64,000 nt of DNA, from assembly GCA_002269645.1 (NCBI GenBank), contig NIVC01000628.1, positions 124,001 through 188,000 on the forward strand, in the 5' to 3' direction. A program made the translations under genes and the position numbers. Shown here piece after piece: positions 59,200 through 64,000 of this stretch. The notes under the pieces are model-generated. The model was not told where the DNA came from and made no database searches. It saw nothing but the letters and a program-made list of their open reading frames with translations. The first letter of the stretch is position 1; each line of letters begins with the position of its first letter. This DNA is from Macrostomum lignano. Lineage: Eukaryota.

Positions 59200-59962
59200 T
59201 CATTCTCCAGCACAAACCTCACTCCATTTCCCTCATCCACAGCCCCACCTCACTCCATTTCCTTCCTCCCCAGCCCCACTTCACTCCATTTCTTCCTCCC
59301 CAACCCCACCTCACTCCATTTCCTTCCTCCCCAGCCCCACTTCACTCCATTTCTTCCTCCCCCAGCCCCACCTCACTCCGTTTCCTTTCTCCTCAGCACA
59401 AACCTCACCCGATTTCCTTCCTCCCCAGCCCCACCTCACTCCGTTTCCTTCCTCCCCCAGCCCCACCTCACTCCGTTTCCTTCCTCCCCCAGCCCCACCT
59501 CACTCCGTTTCCTTTCTCCTCAGCACAAACCTCACCCGATTTCCTTCCTCCCCAGCCCCACCTCACTCCGTTTCCTTCCTCCCCAACCCCACCTCACTCC
59601 ATTTCCTTCCTCCCCAGCCCCACCTCACTCCATTTCCTTCCTCCCCAGCCCCACCTCACTCCATTTCCTTCCTCCCCCAGCCCCACCTCACTCCGTTTCC
59701 TTTCTCCTCAGCACAAACCTCACCCGATTTCCTTCCTCCCCCAGCCCCACCTCACTCCGTTTCCTTTCTCCTCAGCACAAACCTCACCCGATTTCCTTCC
59801 TCCCCAGCCCCAACTCACTCCGTTTCCTTCCTCCCCAGCCCCACCTCACTCCGTTTCCTTTCTCCTCAGCACAAACCTCACCCGATTTCCTTCCTCCCCA
59901 GCCCCACCTCACTCCGTTTCCTTCCTCCCCAGCCCCACCTCACTCCGTTTCCTTCCTCCCCA
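59200..59962. repeat. Pyrimidine-rich minisatellite of about 31 bp with two alternating unit types
   Basis: Units CCCCACCTCACTCCGTTTCCTTCCTCCCCAG and CACAAACCTCACCCGATTTCCTTCCTCCCCAG. Confidence 0.94.
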
Positions 59963-60111
59963 GCGACCCTATTACAATCAGTAGCACTATATGACCTTAA
60001 CAGCAATATTTTGGGCACAAATAATCCATGAGAGTATATGGCAAAACAAAGATCATTTTGAGTTATTTTTCAGTAACAAGCAGCCGTTAAACACTTTATC
60101 ATATCAGGTGG

Positions 60112-63100
60112 CTAACGGCGCTGCCTTCTGTCGCGCCTATAGAACAATAGGCAAGCGTCCCTAGTCAGCATGTGGACCGCCTTCGGCACCACCTTAGTCT
60201 CGGCCAGCCGGCTCGGGTCCAGCCAAGGGTCCAGGCGGCCCAGGTCGGTGACCTCGGGAACAGCGAAGCCGAATGTCGCAGCTGTGGGAGCAGACAGAAC
60301 GACAATAAGTTCAGTGATCTGCATGGCTACCACTCCTGAATTCAATTGAGCCGACAATCACTGGCTAGCTATCTTTTACAAATTCCTGAGGTTATTCCGC
60401 TAACCGCTAAGCACACACACCCGATTACACAGGGTGTTACAGCGGCCCTGACTTGCTCATCATCATACAGAAATCGAACTGAGGGACTTTGCTGCGCGAG
60501 TTATCAGTATTAAATTAGCTATATGTAATTACTTTTACAACTGAAAGTTACACACCTGACTCGAGGCTTCTATAGAAGATTGCCGGGACATTCCGATTCC
60601 TCCCTGATTAATTCCCTTATTTCCCAAGCCAATTAGGTGAATCCGAGGTGCAGTCAGCCGAGAGCCGGGGGAGTATTCAGGCAGTCAGTCACCTGCTGCT
60701 TACGGGAGGTCCTCACTGCAGTTCGGCAGTTCCAATAGGCCGAACAAAGGCTCAAAGAATGTCTGATTAGAGCTACAGACAGAAAAACATACACACCCGG
60801 GAGCTCAAGGTAGGAAGGTAGGCCCGTTCCCCATCTGCAGTCTATGCCCATCTCCGTCCGGGGAAATTTCTAGAATACTTCCGATTTCAGGGAACAGAAT
60901 CCCGCACTACCCCCAATGGAAAAGCAACACAATAGGAATGAATAGTCAGAATAAGGATAATGGCAGTCAGTCAGACTCTCCCTGACTCTTCATGCTCTGC
61001 TTTTGTTCGCTTTTTCCCCCATTTTTCCGCCTGACATCCCGAGCTATAGGTTAGACAGATATCTAAGCTTGGAAAGGACTGACGACTCTATGAATTTGAA
61101 TTGGAAATTGAAATAGATGACGATTTATGACCCACAGAGCAGTCTCAGGATCTGCTAATGCAATTAATCAATGACCTTCAGTTGCACCACTGTCACGGCG
61201 TTTCAAGCAATAACGAGCAAGCGTCTTTGATTGGGATTTGTAGAGTAAGAATCTTTTTGCTATAAAATAATTGATGATTTATGTAGCTTTCGTATGACCG
61301 TCTGCAGTTCGGACCCAGAAATTATTGATAAATGGATTTAGAATGGAATACATGTACTTGTAGGATTCGCATGAAGTGACCTTGAGAAAATGGTTCGATC
61401 GTTTCTTTAGAGGCTTTTGACGTGATATTGGCTCTGTGGCGAATTTCTTAGTAACTTCTTCATTCAGTTGATCTGCCTTCGTCTCTGTTTACTCTGTTTT
61501 CTCTCCCTCTCTGCCCAGTTCAGTCTTGTTATTCTTATCTCTCTCCCTCTCTGCCTTCTGATTGGCTCTTCAATCTGACCTCTATCCTCAGTTGTGCACT
61601 CCACCCCTCCCTTTTCTTCTCTTCATGTACGCTTAACCCCCCCCCCAATAATTGAATGTCTTATATAAATATGAGTACACTCATTTTGGGGGCCCTGCGC
61701 CCTGCTTACTGTTTTTTCACTTCCAATTAATCTTTTACAGTTTAAAATAGCTAGTACACTAAATAGTTCATTACTTTATCTTAGTCTTCTGTACCGGCAG
61801 TCACGTGACAACTTTTTCCGATATCCATGTTGGTCTGCGCTTCCAAAATGAATGGCGTGACTTCAGACTTCAGAGTGACTTCAAATCAGTCAAGCAAGGA
61901 AGATAATTCCCGGGTTTTAAAGTCTAGTCTATTGTATTGTTTAAAAATAGCTTCTGGATCTGGTTTCGCGTGACTCATATCAATGGTCTAAACAAGGACT
62001 ACTTAAGTAGATACGTTACTTTAGTCATCCTTGAATCTAAAAATAGAAACTTTTTGAACGGCCCAGCCAATCAGCGCCGAGATAGTGTATACAAAGAGTA
62101 TGCTAAAAGCATAAGGCGAGAATCCCCAAAAAACATAAATTTGTAATGTGGGAATCCCTGGCTTCAAAAAAAGACGAGTTTTCTTGGTTAAAAATAATAA
62201 CTATAGTGAAGAGTTCCTAGTTTAAAAATAGCAATAGGCGGGAATCCTAAAGTTAAAAATAGAAAAGCTAGACTGCACTCACATCCACACTCGGCCATGC
62301 TGTTGAACAGCAGCCACCGGCCCTGCTGCGGCCAGCGGAGCAGGCAGACGTACCGGTCCCGATGCCGGCAGACGGCCGCCCACAGCCGCATTTGGCTAAC
62401 TGCGGAGGCTGGGGAAACTCGAAGTCCGGCACCAGCCGCAAATCGGTGCTCAACTTCATCGGAATAGCTGATCTCTGATGCTGCGTGATCGTTGTCGCTG
62501 GAGTGGGCCTGCGGATTTATGTGCTTTGTGAGTTCATCTCACCTGACCTCTGCAGATACCATAGAGATCTCATTTCACCTGACCTCTGAAAATACCAAAG
62601 AGATCTTATCTCACCTGACCTCTGCAAATACCAAAGAGATCCCATCTCACCTGCACTCCGCAAAAGCAGTCGCGGCAGAAAGCAAAGCCGTTCACTCTGC
62701 AGCTGTTCGCCGCGGCCAGGCAGCTGCGGCACTCCAGCCGGGCCAGCCGGCCGCAGACGGTGCAAGGCCTCGGCCGGCCAGCCAGCAGCCGGGAGATGTC
62801 TATGGCCGGAAGTGGCACGGTGTCCGGCTCGGTCTGCAGCACCAGGCTGATTGGCGGCCGGGCAAAGGAGCCGGGCGGCAGGGCGCAGTGCAGCAGGAAC
62901 TCGCAGTCCAGCAGCTGGCGTTCGGCGCCTTCGTCTGCCCTGACCAGCGCCCGCGAGAGCTGCAGGCGGTGGCGCGACTGGGCAACCGACGAGCGGCGAC
63001 GGTTGAGGGCGCCGCCAAGGAGGAGCTCCAGGCAGAGGCCGGGGTCTGCAGCGGTGAGTAAGAAATTGTAGGGATTTTAAGGTAATGGGAGATTTTATGC

Positions 63101-64000
63101 GATAAACGAGCGCTATATGTACTCAATGACCCTGAGCAAGGAAGAGTCTATACTCAATGACCCTGAGCAAGGAAGGGTCTGTACTCAATGACCCTGAGCA
63201 GGGAAGGGTCTGTACTCAATGACCCTGAGCAGGGAAGGGTCTGTACTCAATGACCTGAGTAAGGAAGGGTCTATACTCATTGACCCTGAGCAGGGAATGG
63301 TCTGTACTCAATGACCCTGAGCAGGGAATGGTCTGTACTCAATGACCCAGAGCAAGGAAGGGTCTGTACTCAACGACCCTGATCAAGGAAGGGGTCTGCA
63401 CTCAGTGACTCGAACAGGGAAGGCGTCTGTACTCAATGACCCTGATCAAGGAAGGGGTCTGTACTCAGTGACTCGAACAGGGAAGGCGTCTGTACTCAAT
63501 GACCCTGATCAAGGAAGGGGTCTGTACTCAGTGACTCGAACGGAAAGGGGGTCTGTACTCAATGATCCTGAGCAGGGAAGGGTAAGTGCCAATTTAAACA
63601 AACAAGTAAGTACAGGAGACAAAATGGGCGAAAAAGAACATCTAACACACTGTACTTGACGCTAACCAGCGGTACACACTCACAAGAGCTCACGTACACG
63701 CGGTCTTGAATGCATTTTTCCATTTAGAAAAATTCAAGATTAAGATAAAGAATGCCATGGGATCTGATACTGCTTAATCTTCAACAGAGCGGAGCGAGAG
63801 AGAGAGAGAGAGAGAAAGGATGCAGCTGTGAGATCGATGACCTTTCCTTCTCCTCTAACTGCCATTCAATTCGCTTGCAATGCCGGAACTCAGAGAAAAC
63901 AAACAAATAAATGAAAACTTGATAACCTGCCGCTGGCCACTGACTGATGGCTGCGCACAGCTGGCAAAGTGCAAAGGAGAGGGATCCGCTTTCCCCGAGC
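60112..64000 (-). CDS. CYLD: Divergent CYLD-like ubiquitin-specific protease, 3' part; exons 63927..>64000 (tentative), 62651..63045, 62283..62508, 60112..60281
   Basis: DPGLCLELLL, QLLDCEF, PPISLVLQ, B-box-like PRPCTVCGRLARLECRSC..FCRDC, MRLWAAVC..YVC..WLLFNSMAE and GFAVPEVT..LTRDACLLFY parallel the CYLD USP domain. Phases are consistent. Confidence 0.82.
62510..62653 (-). repeat. 36-bp repeat containing four copies of the splice donor CAG|GTGARA in a CYLD-like intron
   Basis: TCTCACCTG or TTCACCTG ends at 62545, 62581, 62617 and 62653. Confidence 0.9.
63120..63585. repeat. Approximately 31-bp minisatellite (GTACTCAATGACCCTGAGCAGGGAAGGGTCT)
   Basis: Lies in a CYLD-like intron. Confidence 0.92.

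Noticed and set aside
62492-63071. Plus-strand ORFs with an apparent donor GTGAGT at 63054
   Set aside because: They are an antisense shadow of GC-rich CYLD-like exons, and the minus strand gives the family motifs and consistent phases.

Overview
This is a eukaryotic, intron-rich window. GC-rich exons sit among AT-rich spacers, and many introns are filled with locus-specific mini- or microsatellites. An EF-hand plus dynein-light-chain (TAL-type) gene points to a flatworm, and the style suggests a free-living one such as Macrostomum (inference). I assembled spliced genes by hand with consistent intron phases. In order they are: 3' part of a fatty acid transport protein (+, with a GC-AG intron); a signal-peptide-bearing extended SDR (-); CYB5D1 (-) head-to-head with a CFAP97D2-like gene (+); a single-exon secreted PAN-like/LamG protein (+); three tandem hillarin/KY-like transglutaminase-fold paralogs (+; A 18.4-26.1 kb, B 27.6-35.4 kb, C 40.0-45.1 kb) with a TAL gene (-) between B and C; a complete Miro/RHOT gene (+); and the 3' part of a divergent CYLD-like gene (-). 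A dead RTE-type LINE fragment lies in an intron of copy B. The most notable observations are exon-restricted homogenisation between paralogs A and B, missing catalytic residues in all three transglutaminase-like genes and in the CYLD-like gene, a perfect 42-bp palindrome with an 8-bp target-site duplication, and tandem repeats that appear seeded from splice sites. Most long ORFs in the supplied track are repeat or antisense artefacts. All coordinates and identities were read by eye and no database searches were run.
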